The position numbers and the translations under genes are program-made. DNA of 64,000 bases. Source: Alphaproteobacteria bacterium. Its GTDB lineage: Bacteria > Pseudomonadota > Alphaproteobacteria > MPNO01. Location: positions 1,952,001 through 2,016,000 of the forward strand of contig CBDFLJ010000001.1 in assembly GCA_965248835.1 (NCBI GenBank). The letters run 5' to 3'. Positions 39,290 through 48,064 of the stretch are shown here, piece after piece. The notes under the pieces were generated by a model. The model searched no databases, was not told where the DNA came from, and saw only the letters and a program-made list of their open reading frames with translations. Positions within the stretch are counted from its first letter, which is position 1. Each line of letters begins with the position of its first letter.

Positions 39290-40159
39290 ATGACGACCAA
39301 GTCGATCCTTGCGGTCTTGATCGGCCCCGACACCGATCGGTCGGTGCTTCATTGCGCGGGCATGCTGGCCAGCGCGTTCAACGCCCATATCGCGGTCACC
39401 CATGTCCGCGACCTGCCGCGGGCGACGGCGATGATGGGATATGAGGGCGTTCAGCCCTATATCAACGACGACCTGGAGGCCGACCTGAGAAACCGCGCCG
39501 ATGCGGTCGAGGCCGCGAGCCGCGCCCATTTCGAGGCCTTCGTCAAGGACAGTGGGTTCGAGGTGCGCAGCGAGCCGGCGCTGCTCGACCGCCCAACGGT
39601 GAGCTGGGACTCGGTGGAGGGCTACGGGCCGGACGTCGTCAGCCGGCGCGGCGGCGGTTACGACATCATCGTCCTGGGCCGCCCGGCCGGCGGCCCGTCG
39701 AACCTCGATCTGCTGAGTGTCGAGGCGGCCCTGTTCATAACCGGCCGCCCCGTTCTGATCGTCCCCCAGGAGGCGCCGGCGGCGATCGGTGAAAAGGTGC
39801 TGATCGGGTGGAACCGCAGCGGGCCTGCCGCACGCGCGTTCCATACCGCCAAGTCGCTGCTGCTTGAGCGCGCCAAGCGCGTGCGCCTGCTGTCGGTGAC
39901 CACCGGAGCCAAGCAGGGCCCGCCGGCGGAAGACATATGCAACAACCTCGCCTGGCACGGCATCCAGGCCGAGATCCGCGAGCTGTCGCCCGACTACCGG
40001 TCGATCGGCGAGGTGCTGCTGGCCGAAGCCAGCGCGATCGGCGCCGACCTCCTGGTGATGGGCGCCTATTCGCGCAGCCGGCTGCGCCAGTTGATCCTGG
40101 GCGGGGTGACACAGCATGTGCTGACCCGCGCCCCGATCCCGGTCTTCATGGCACATTAG
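39290..40159 (+). CDS. Universal stress protein (two-domain)
   Basis: DIIVLGR, GRPVLIVP, DLLVMGAYSRSRLRQLILGGVT and PVFMAH. Confidence 0.92.
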   Translation: MTTKSILAVLIGPDTDRSVLHCAGMLASAFNAHIAVTHVRDLPRATAMMGYEGVQPYINDDLEADLRNRADAVEAASRAHFEAFVKDSGFEVRSEPALLDRPTVSWDSVEGYGPDVVSRRGGGYDIIVLGRPAGGPSNLDLLSVEAALFITGRPVLIVPQEAPAAIGEKVLIGWNRSGPAARAFHTAKSLLLERAKRVRLLSVTTGAKQGPPAEDICNNLAWHGIQAEIRELSPDYRSIGEVLLAEASAIGADLLVMGAYSRSRLRQLILGGVTQHVLTRAPIPVFMAH

Positions 40160-40511
40160 CCTAGGCGCAAATCCGATCGAGCCCTGTGCGGTAGCCCTGT
40201 GCCGTAGGCCCGGGCGATGCCGTTCAAGGTGATCGTCGTGCCGACGCGGCGGAGCGCGATCGACATGCGCCGGATTCGGCCGGCGTCGGCGTGATCCGCT
40301 CGGCGCGGCATCGGCGATGAACAGCGCCTTACGCCCGTCAAATGCCGGACGGGCACAAGGCAAATCCTTCAACGCCTTTCATCCGCGCCTCCGGCCGCCG
40401 TCGGGTCCTCCGTCGGCAAGGCGCTGGACCCGAAGCGTCCCTCCCCGCCCGCCCGCAATCGGGCCATGAGCATGGTTCGATCCGCGGACGCCGGCGATCG
40501 GCGTTCAAATT

Positions 40512-40564
40512 TGATAATGCCTCGCATTTGCAATTGACTCAATTGCAAATGCGAGGCATTATCA
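40512..40564. repeat. Perfect 53-bp palindrome (26-bp arms, 1-nt spacer) with two Fur-like boxes and two divergent promoters
   Basis: TGATAATGCCTCGCATTTGCAATTGA-C-TCAATTGCAAATGCGAGGCATTATCA; TTGACT-N17-CATTAT on + and TTGAGT-N17-CATTAT on -. Confidence 0.9.
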
Positions 40565-40620
40565 TTAAAGCTCGACTTATCCGATCGAAGCGCAGGCGGT
40601 CACGGCGTGAAAGGGAAGAG

Positions 40621-41130
40621 ATGGAAACGAAGCAGGAAAATGGCGTGGCGGCAGCGGCCTGGCCGACATCGATGCCGGAACTCGACACGGCCGAGCAACT
40701 GGTCGTCTGGGCGCTCCGGTGCTCGATGCTCGCCCTCGACAACCGGACGAACCATCACATCTGCCTTCTGCGCAACGAACTCGTCCGGCAGTTCGGGCCG
40801 GAGGACGCGCAATCGGCTTGCGCCGGGATCTTCTCGATCGTTCGGACCGTGAAGGCGAATGCGAGGCGCGATCTGCACTTCCACCAGCCCTGCTGCCCGT
40901 GCCTTTGCGAAGAAGAGCTATGGCTGATCTGCCTGGTAGGCGCCTGCCAGAGGGGCGAGGCGCGACTAGCAGGTTTCCTTGCCGAGTCGACGATTCAGGC
41001 CGATGGGGTCGGCGACGTCCTCAACGCCGCCATCTTCCTCGCAGGGCTGATGCGAAAGCACGCCCTTGTCCTTCCCGACCGGTCATACGACGCCCGAGCG
41101 CTGGGCGAAACGCCCTCGGTGATCCATTAG
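40621..41130 (+). CDS. Cys-rich hypothetical protein, probably iron-regulated
   Basis: Purine-rich RBS; EQLVVWALR and HQPCCPCLCEEE; directly downstream of the palindrome. Confidence 0.75.
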   Translation: METKQENGVAAAAWPTSMPELDTAEQLVVWALRCSMLALDNRTNHHICLLRNELVRQFGPEDAQSACAGIFSIVRTVKANARRDLHFHQPCCPCLCEEELWLICLVGACQRGEARLAGFLAESTIQADGVGDVLNAAIFLAGLMRKHALVLPDRSYDARALGETPSVIH

Positions 41131-41173
41131 GCGCATGTTCCAGCCGGATCGAGCGGGATCGGCGCGCCCTGCC

Positions 41174-42604
41174 CTATGCGGGCAGGGCGGCGTCGGGCCT
41201 GCCGAGGATGCGCTCGAAGCGTTGCGCCACCTCCACGACCAGATCGTCCGCACCCCAAGCCCCGACGATCTGGAGGCCGATGGGCAGGCCCTCGGCGTCG
41301 AACCCGCAGGGCAGCGACAGCGCGGGCTGGCCGGACAGGTTGAAAGGATAGGTGTAGGGAGTCCAGGTCAGCCATGGCAGCGGGGCGTCGATCTCGCCGC
41401 CCGGCGGCACCTCGTCCTCGGCGGCAAACGCGGTCAGCGGCATCGTCGGCATGACCAGTATGTCGGTGGTCTCGAAGACGGCGGCAAGCCGCGCGTTGAG
41501 CGCGCGACGCGCATCGAGCGCGGCCAGATAGGCGCCGATGTCGTAGCCTTTGGCGAGCGCTGTGCAGCGCACCAGTCCCGGATCCATCTCGGCGCCGCGC
41601 GCAGCCGCCAGCGCGCCATAGAAGTGGCCGCGCCCGACCACCCAGAAGGTCTCGAAGATCGCCCGCGGCAAATCGATGTCGAGCGCGGCATCGTGATAGT
41701 CCGCGCCGAGTTTGGCGCGCAGTGCAGCCAGCGCGGTCTCCAGCGCGGCGGCGACATCGGTTTCGGGCGCACAGCCGAACGGGGCCGCGACCTGGCCGAT
41801 ACGCAGCCTGCCCTTGCGCAGCCGGTCATGGGCATCGCGCGGGGCACGCGCAGCGCCGCCCTGGGACAGCGGATCGCGGACATCCGGGCCGCTGGTCGCA
41901 GCCACCACCAGGCGTGCGTCTTCGGCCGAGCGCGCAAGCGGACCGACATGGGACAGCGTGTCGGTAACGGTTGCCGGCCAGACCGGAATGCGACCGAGCG
42001 TCGGTTTCATCCCGACGGTGCCGCAGAACGCGGCCGGGATGCGGATCGAGCCGCCGACATCGGAGCCCAATGCGATCGGCACCGCGCCCGATGCCACGGT
42101 GGCGGCCGAGCCGGCGCTGGACCCGCCCGGGTTGCGCGTGGGATCCCAGGGGTTGCGGGTAATCCCGGTCAGCGGCGAGGAGCCGGTGCCCTTCCAGCCG
42201 AACTCGGGCATGGTGGTCTTGCCGATGATGACCGCGCCGGCCGCCAGCACGCGCTCGACCATCGGCGCGGTCTCGCTCGCCGGCGCGCCGGCGGCGGTGC
42301 GCGAGCCGCGGGTGACCGGATGGCCGGCAAGATAGAAGTTGTCCTTGACCGCAATCGGCACACCGTGCAGCGGCCCGCGCAGCCGGCCCGCCCGGGCCTC
42401 GCGTTCGCGTTCTTCGGCCGCGCGCCGGGCTTCGTCCTCGATCAGGCACACATAGGCGTTGATCACCGGCTCGGCCGCCTTGGCGAGCGCCAGCGCATGC
42501 TCGGCAAGCTGTACCGGCGACAGGTTGCCCCGGGCGATTTCGCGCGCCATCGCCGTGCCGGTGAACCGGGCGTAGCGCTGCGGCGTGAGCGGGGCGAAGG
42601 CCAT
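41174..42604 (-). CDS. Amidase (amidase-signature family)
   Basis: IAVKDN, GKTTMPEFG, GGSSAG and GSDVGGSIRIP. Confidence 0.9.
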   Translation of the reverse strand: MAFAPLTPQRYARFTGTAMAREIARGNLSPVQLAEHALALAKAAEPVINAYVCLIEDEARRAAEEREREARAGRLRGPLHGVPIAVKDNFYLAGHPVTRGSRTAAGAPASETAPMVERVLAAGAVIIGKTTMPEFGWKGTGSSPLTGITRNPWDPTRNPGGSSAGSAATVASGAVPIALGSDVGGSIRIPAAFCGTVGMKPTLGRIPVWPATVTDTLSHVGPLARSAEDARLVVAATSGPDVRDPLSQGGAARAPRDAHDRLRKGRLRIGQVAAPFGCAPETDVAAALETALAALRAKLGADYHDAALDIDLPRAIFETFWVVGRGHFYGALAAARGAEMDPGLVRCTALAKGYDIGAYLAALDARRALNARLAAVFETTDILVMPTMPLTAFAAEDEVPPGGEIDAPLPWLTWTPYTYPFNLSGQPALSLPCGFDAEGLPIGLQIVGAWGADDLVVEVAQRFERILGRPDAALPA

Positions 42605-42605
42605 C

Positions 42606-43793
42606 TCAGGCGGCACCCAGCAGCTTTGCTGCGGCCAGCGCGTTGATCCGGGTCGCCGCCTCCAGATCGGCAAGCGCAATCGATTCGTCGGGCTGGTAGA
42701 CCGGCTCTCCGCCCGGCCCGAAGATCACCGTCGGACACAGATGGCCGAAGCTCGCGGTGTCGCCGAGCCACGAGCCACCGACCAGGACCGGGGGCTCGCC
42801 CATCACCGTCTCCCACGCTTCGGCGAGGCAGGTGACCACCGGCGCATCGGTTGGCACCATGAAGGCATCCTTTTCATCGGCGACGACCAGCTCGATCCTG
42901 ATCTCCGGATCGCGCGCGCAGACGCGGTCGATCGCCTCGCGGATGACCGCCTGGACCTCCTCCAGCCCCACCCCGGGCTGCGGTCGGGTATCGACCCGGA
43001 TGGTGCAGCGGTCGGGGATCATCGACGGGCCGCCGGGGAACAGCCCGCCGAAGATACGCCCGACCGCGATGTAGAGCTCGGGACCGACGAGCGCCTTCAT
43101 CGCCGCGCTGATCTCGGGGAAATAGCGCAGCCTGGCGATTTCGTCTGCGACCGGCAGCATCTTCTCGATCGCGTTGACCGCGCGGTCCTTGTGACAGGTA
43201 TGGGCGGACAGGCCGATGGTCGAAATGTCGAAATAGTAGCGGCCGCGATGGGCGACGTAGATCTGCATGCCGGTCAGCTCGCCCAGAATGCAGTGATCGA
43301 ACGCGTGGCGTCGGAACAGGTCGATGCTGCCGGTCTGATCCCCCATGTGATCGCACACCGCAGCGAAGGTGATCTTGCCGGCGAGACGCAGGCCGGACTC
43401 GACCAGAGTCTTGATCGCCCCGATCTGGCAGCCGAGCCCGGCCTTCATGTCCATCACCCCGTGACCGAACATGCGGCCGCCCTCGATCGCGCCGTCGAAC
43501 GGATCGCGGGTCCAGCCCTCGCACACCGGCTTGGTATCCAGGTGGCCGGTGAACAGCAAATGCGGACCCGGCCTTCCGCTGTCGACCTCCCACAGCGTGT
43601 TGGAGCGGCCGTCGAAGACGTCCTCGCACCAGACCCGGCCGATGCCGATCTGTCCGATCCGGTCTTCGAGCTCGGCGGCGAGCACGGCCTCCTTGCCGCA
43701 GGTGCTGTCGGTCCGGACGAGTTGTTGGGTGACATCGACCGAAAGCGCGGAATCGAGCGCGCCGTTCACCTTCTCGAACAGCACTGGCTGCAT
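42606..43793 (-). CDS. M20 family (ArgE/DapE-like) metallo-amidohydrolase with atypical metal site
   Basis: GHLDT, GVMDMKAG, LGE, IPDRC and FGPG. Confidence 0.85.
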   Translation of the reverse strand: MQPVLFEKVNGALDSALSVDVTQQLVRTDSTCGKEAVLAAELEDRIGQIGIGRVWCEDVFDGRSNTLWEVDSGRPGPHLLFTGHLDTKPVCEGWTRDPFDGAIEGGRMFGHGVMDMKAGLGCQIGAIKTLVESGLRLAGKITFAAVCDHMGDQTGSIDLFRRHAFDHCILGELTGMQIYVAHRGRYYFDISTIGLSAHTCHKDRAVNAIEKMLPVADEIARLRYFPEISAAMKALVGPELYIAVGRIFGGLFPGGPSMIPDRCTIRVDTRPQPGVGLEEVQAVIREAIDRVCARDPEIRIELVVADEKDAFMVPTDAPVVTCLAEAWETVMGEPPVLVGGSWLGDTASFGHLCPTVIFGPGGEPVYQPDESIALADLEAATRINALAAAKLLGAA

Positions 43794-43987
43794 CCCGCAT
43801 GCTCCCTGAATTGCGTCGGCGCCCGGCGGCCGCGCGCTATCGAACATTCGGGCCGGCGCCAGGTATCTTGCCGCGCGAGGCTCTTACCGGATCGCTCCGA
43901 GTGTAGCGTCAAATATGATAATGTAACCCCGCATCACGCCCGATCCAGGCGCCGGCCGCACGGGGCCGATTGCGGGAGGACCAGGAA

Positions 43988-44686
43988 ATGACGTCTGGCG
44001 CGGGTCATGCGAAGGCGCGGGAAACGAAATCTCGGACGCTGTGGAGATGCGCGGTCCTGACCGCTCTCCTGGCGGTTCTCACAGCGTGCGGCACGGTGGA
44101 CATTCCGCTCCCCTATCGCGACCGCGTGACCGAGGGCACCAAGATCTACAAGAAGTTCTTTACCGGCCGCGTCCTGGTCACCCGAGTAGTCCGACCGGTA
44201 TTTCGCAAGGATGCCGGGTATGCGTCGGCCAAGTACTTCCTGCCCGACGGGACGTCATTGGGGTGCGCCCGCCTGGCCGGGTCGACTCTGACCACGCGGA
44301 GCCGCTGGGATATCGAGCCCAACGGCCCGGTTTATGCGGCGTTGAGAACCTGGGGCTGGAGGGCCGAGCGCGGCCGGGGAACCAAAGGATTCTTTCCGAT
44401 CCGCTACAACCGAAAAACCGGCCATATAGGGATCGGCACCAGATTGGTCAGATATGTCCGTGTCGCGCTCACTGACGGCTGGATCCAGAACGATTTTCCC
44501 GGAGCGCTCAAAAATGCCTGCCCGGACGTTGCGCTGCCGCCCGACCTGGCGATCAACGAAAAGCAGACCTCGCTTTTCCTGGAGGAGATGCGGGCGCAGG
44601 ATCCGGACGCCCCGATTCAAAACTTTCCCGGCACCGAAAAGCTCAAAGGAAGGCATTTTCTGGGCGTCATCCCGTTGGATGACTAG
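43988..44686 (+). CDS. Hypothetical lipoprotein, lower GC
   Basis: Basic N-terminus, hydrophobic stretch and lipobox LTAC; more A/T-ending codons than neighbours. Confidence 0.7.
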   Translation: MTSGAGHAKARETKSRTLWRCAVLTALLAVLTACGTVDIPLPYRDRVTEGTKIYKKFFTGRVLVTRVVRPVFRKDAGYASAKYFLPDGTSLGCARLAGSTLTTRSRWDIEPNGPVYAALRTWGWRAERGRGTKGFFPIRYNRKTGHIGIGTRLVRYVRVALTDGWIQNDFPGALKNACPDVALPPDLAINEKQTSLFLEEMRAQDPDAPIQNFPGTEKLKGRHFLGVIPLDD

Positions 44687-44692
44687 GCGTTG

Positions 44693-45004
44693 TCAGCCCG
44701 GCGATCCGCCGGCCGCCTCAGCCTCGGCAGCCGCGCGCTTGATCCGGCGCTTGAGCCGGCGGGCCTCATCGGTCAGGCCGGCGTCGCCGGTCTTCAGGAG
44801 ATAGGCGTCCAGACCGCCGTTGTGCTCGATCGAACGGATCGAGCTTGCGGTAAGCCGCAGACGCACCGCCCGGCCCAGCGCGTCGGACAGCAGGGTCGCG
44901 GTCTGCAGGTTCGGCAAAAACCGCCGCCTGGTCCTGTTGTTGGCGTGGCTGACGTTGTTGCCCGTCAGCACACCCTTGCCGGTCACGCCGCAGCGCCGTG
45001 CCAT
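44693..45004 (-). CDS. rpmB: 50S ribosomal protein L28
   Basis: [34 protein letters not shown]. Confidence 0.97.
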   Translation of the reverse strand: MARRCGVTGKGVLTGNNVSHANNRTRRRFLPNLQTATLLSDALGRAVRLRLTASSIRSIEHNGGLDAYLLKTGDAGLTDEARRLKRRIKRAAAEAEAAGGSPG

Positions 45005-45060
45005 CTTTCCCACTCCGGAACAGCGAACCCTCTCCCGCCCCTGGGCGCGGGAGGCCCGGT

Positions 45061-45090
45061 GTTTTAGTCGTCCGGAGCGGTGTCCGTCAA
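45061..45090 (-). promoter_or_regulatory. Putative rpmB promoter within the MFS gene 3' end
   Basis: TTGACG-N18-TAAAAC, followed by a GC hairpin (CTCCCGC/GCGGGAG) and a GGAG RBS. Confidence 0.35.
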
Positions 45091-46260
45091 GCTTCTGGAG
45101 CGGCGGTGTTGCCGTGCCAGGGCCAGCGCCAGCGCTGCGGCGCAGACCATGACCAGCGCGCCCAGCACAAACGGCCAGTCGCGGCCGAACGCGCCCAGCA
45201 CCGTCCCGCTGAGCGCCGGGCCGAGGATCCGGCCGAGCCCGCCGGCCGACTGCGACAGGCCGAGCAGCGCGCCCCGCTCGTGCGCACGGGCCCGCGCGGC
45301 GATCAGCGACGTCAGAGACGGCCCGCAGACGGAAACGCCGAAGACGATCAGCCCCAGCCCGACCATGACCAGGCCCATGCCGCCGGCAAGCGGCAGCACG
45401 AGGCATCCGGCCGCAACCGCGCCCATGCCCAGCACGACGGCGTAGTGTTCCCCCAGGCGCGCCGCGATCGGGCCGATCGCCAAGCCCTGTACCACCACCG
45501 CGACGGCGCCCATGAAGGTGTACATGTATCCGTTGGCCACCGGCCCCCAGCCGAAGGCCCGTTCGGACCACAGTGCGAAGACGGTCTCGATGCCGGAGAA
45601 CACCATCGGCGTGGAAAAGACCAGCACCAGCAGCGGCGCGATCCCGGCCTCGCGGACCCGCCGCCACCACCGATCCGCCGGCCTGCCTCGGACCGCCCGT
45701 GCGCGGGCGGTCCGGTCGACGGTTTCCTTCAACAGCACCAGCGCCAGGACGAAGGCGACGGCGGTCATCCCGGCGGCGACCAGGAACGGCAGCTGGAAGT
45801 CGGGGTTGGCCGGGTCGGACCCGGACAGAAGCCCGCCGATCGCGGGCCCGGCGACGAAGCCGAGCCCGGCGGCCGCGCCGACCCGGCCCATCGCGCCGGC
45901 CCGCCGGTCCGGCCCGACCAGGTCGGCGACATAGGCGTGCGCGACGCCGATATTGCCGGCCATCGCCCCGCCGAAGGCGCGCGCCAGGAACAGCCCGGCG
46001 AGGCTGTCGGTATGCGCCAGCGCCAGATAGCCGACGCAGGCCCCGGCCGATGTCGCCAACAGGACCGGCTTGCGCCCGACCCGGTCGCTCAGCCGGCCCC
46101 AGACCGGCGCGAAGACGAACTGCATCGCGGTGTAGGAGGCCGCCACCAGCGTGACCGTGCCGGGGCTGGCACCGTAGGCCTGGGCGTAGAACGGCTGCAG
46201 CGGCAGCACGATGCCGAACCCGATCAGGTCGACGAAGACGGTCAGCAGCAGCGCCGGCAT
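45064..46260 (-). CDS. MFS transporter, TetA/DHA1-like
   Basis: [10 protein letters not shown], motif [11 protein letters not shown] and [10 protein letters not shown]. Confidence 0.9.
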   Translation of the reverse strand: MPALLLTVFVDLIGFGIVLPLQPFYAQAYGASPGTVTLVAASYTAMQFVFAPVWGRLSDRVGRKPVLLATSAGACVGYLALAHTDSLAGLFLARAFGGAMAGNIGVAHAYVADLVGPDRRAGAMGRVGAAAGLGFVAGPAIGGLLSGSDPANPDFQLPFLVAAGMTAVAFVLALVLLKETVDRTARARAVRGRPADRWWRRVREAGIAPLLVLVFSTPMVFSGIETVFALWSERAFGWGPVANGYMYTFMGAVAVVVQGLAIGPIAARLGEHYAVVLGMGAVAAGCLVLPLAGGMGLVMVGLGLIVFGVSVCGPSLTSLIAARARAHERGALLGLSQSAGGLGRILGPALSGTVLGAFGRDWPFVLGALVMVCAAALALALARQHRRSRSLTDTAPDD

Positions 46261-46309
46261 CGCGGACTCCGCTGCCGCGCGACCGATCCGGACGGGCGCC
46301 GGGGCGCGC

Positions 46310-47050
46310 TCAGTTGACCCGGCCGACGGCGCGCGCGAGCAGCATGTAGAGCTTGCCGACGTCGGCCGACAGGAAGGTCGAACTCAGGAGGTTCTCCGGA
46401 TCACTCTCGTTGGCCTCGGCCAGCAGCTTCTCGAAATGATCGAGATAGCGCAAGGCGCAGCCTCGAAAGTTCTCGTCCCGGTCGTATTTCTCCCGGATGA
46501 CCTGGCGGGCCCGGACCGCGTCCTTCGACAGGATGCCGCGCACGAAGACCCCGCAGTCGCCCTCGGCGGACTTCGGCCCCATCTTTTGCGGGCACGCGTT
46601 GTTGGGCAGGCGGTTGAGGTCGATCGCGCTCGCGTTGAGATCCTCGATCACGAACCTGGAGGCGCGTAGGAACATTGCGCGCCGCGAATCGAAGGAATTG
46701 CGCCGGACGACCCCGGCCTGGCTGTCGGCGGCCGCAATCGTCGGCGCGTTCGGATGGGCCAGGCGGCGCTCGATCTCGGCCTGCAGGGCTTCGGACGTGC
46801 GCCTGAGCGCGGCAAGGCGGCGCGCAAACCCGATGACCAGCCACGCGAGCACGACCGGCGCGAACATCCCGGCAAGGAACGCGCCGATCACGTGGGGCGG
46901 GGATTGCCAGACCTCCCGCCAGCCGATATGGCCGCCTATGTAATAGGCGCACAGGACCAGCCATGCCGCCGACAGGCCGGCGGCGGCGATCATCGATCGG
47001 ACCCAGCCCCGCGCGGCAGGATCCAGGGGCCGGCTCACCGGCTGTTTCAT
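46310..47050 (-). CDS. Membrane-anchored hypothetical protein with GPR/RgsE-like C-terminal domain
   Basis: Two N-terminal TM segments, a short coiled coil, and a C-terminus RYLDHFEKLL...TFLSADVGKLYMLLARAVGR. Confidence 0.7.
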   Translation of the reverse strand: MKQPVSRPLDPAARGWVRSMIAAAGLSAAWLVLCAYYIGGHIGWREVWQSPPHVIGAFLAGMFAPVVLAWLVIGFARRLAALRRTSEALQAEIERRLAHPNAPTIAAADSQAGVVRRNSFDSRRAMFLRASRFVIEDLNASAIDLNRLPNNACPQKMGPKSAEGDCGVFVRGILSKDAVRARQVIREKYDRDENFRGCALRYLDHFEKLLAEANESDPENLLSSTFLSADVGKLYMLLARAVGRVN

Positions 47051-47111
47051 CGGCCCAGTTGAATTTCCTTATAGGATAGAAGTTCACGCGCAGGACCACA
47101 GCTCGGTCCGG

Positions 47112-47141
47112 ACTATAGCTTCGCGGGACGAATCGTTCCAA
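47112..47141 (-). promoter_or_regulatory. Putative sigma70 promoter
   Basis: TTGGAA-N18-TATAGT upstream of the 47050 ATG, with AAGGA in the leader. Confidence 0.4.
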
Positions 47142-47152
47142 CCGGTCGGCGG

Positions 47153-48031
47153 CTACCAGGTCAGGGACGCCAGCACGTAATCGGGCCAGACGCCGGCGGA
47201 TTCGCACAAGGCGGCGAGCGCCGTCGGATCGGGCGTGGCGCCGTGTGCACATCCGAGCGCTTCGCCATGGATGCCGCCGGGGACCAGAGCGGATGCAAGC
47301 CCGGCAGCGGCCGCACCGGCGATATCGGTGGCCAAGGTGTCGCCGATCGCGATCACCCGTCCGCGGGTTAAGCCGGCAAGGCGCGCGAAGCAGTCCCGGT
47401 AGATCGCCTTGTGCGGCTTGCCGTGGTAGCGGACCGTCCCGCCCAGGGCCTCGTAGCGGCATGCCAGCGCCCCGGCGCAGAGCGCCCGGTCGGCGCCCCG
47501 CATCACCCACAGGTCGGGGTTTGCGCAGATCATCGGCAAGCCGAGCCCCGCCGCCGCCGCGAGGTCGGCCTCGTAGTCGGCGAGCGTCGCCTCGATGCGA
47601 AAGGGACCGGTATTGACGATGAAATCGGCGTCCCGGAGCGAGTCCGTCCGGTCTATGTCGAGGCCTTCGAGCAGCGGCCCGTCACGCCCCGCACCCATCA
47701 GATAGCAGCGTCGGCCAAGTGCTGCGTGCCACGAATCGGATCGCGTCTTCAGGGCCTGCCATGTCGCCTCGCCCGAGGAGACGACCGCCCGGCAATGCCG
47801 TTCGGGCAGGCCGAACCCGGCCAGCATGTCCGCGACCGTCCGCGCGCGCCCGGGCGCATTCGACAGCATCACGAACGCCTTGCCGGAAGCGGTCAGGCGA
47901 TCCAGCGCATCGAGGACGCCGGGGTAAAGCGCGCACCCGTCATGGATGACCCCCCAGATATCGAGGATGAAGCCGTCGAAATCGCCGGCCAGCGCCGAGA
48001 CTCCGCGGATCATGGGTGGCGTGCCTGCCAT
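47153..48031 (-). CDS. HAD-superfamily class IIA hydrolase
   Basis: LDIWGVIHDG, LSNAP, CANPD, GKPH and IGDTLATDIAGA. Confidence 0.9.
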   Translation of the reverse strand: MAGTPPMIRGVSALAGDFDGFILDIWGVIHDGCALYPGVLDALDRLTASGKAFVMLSNAPGRARTVADMLAGFGLPERHCRAVVSSGEATWQALKTRSDSWHAALGRRCYLMGAGRDGPLLEGLDIDRTDSLRDADFIVNTGPFRIEATLADYEADLAAAAGLGLPMICANPDLWVMRGADRALCAGALACRYEALGGTVRYHGKPHKAIYRDCFARLAGLTRGRVIAIGDTLATDIAGAAAAGLASALVPGGIHGEALGCAHGATPDPTALAALCESAGVWPDYVLASLTW

Positions 48032-48064
48032 CCTCAGCGTGGCTCCCGCACCGGGCGCGCGGCC

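Noticed and set aside
40180-40294. 13-bp tandem AGCCCTGTGC(G/C)GT and a short ORF MPFKVIVVPTRR resembling a Usp N-terminus
   Set aside because: Only two repeat units and about 10 residues of resemblance; not distinguishable from chance.
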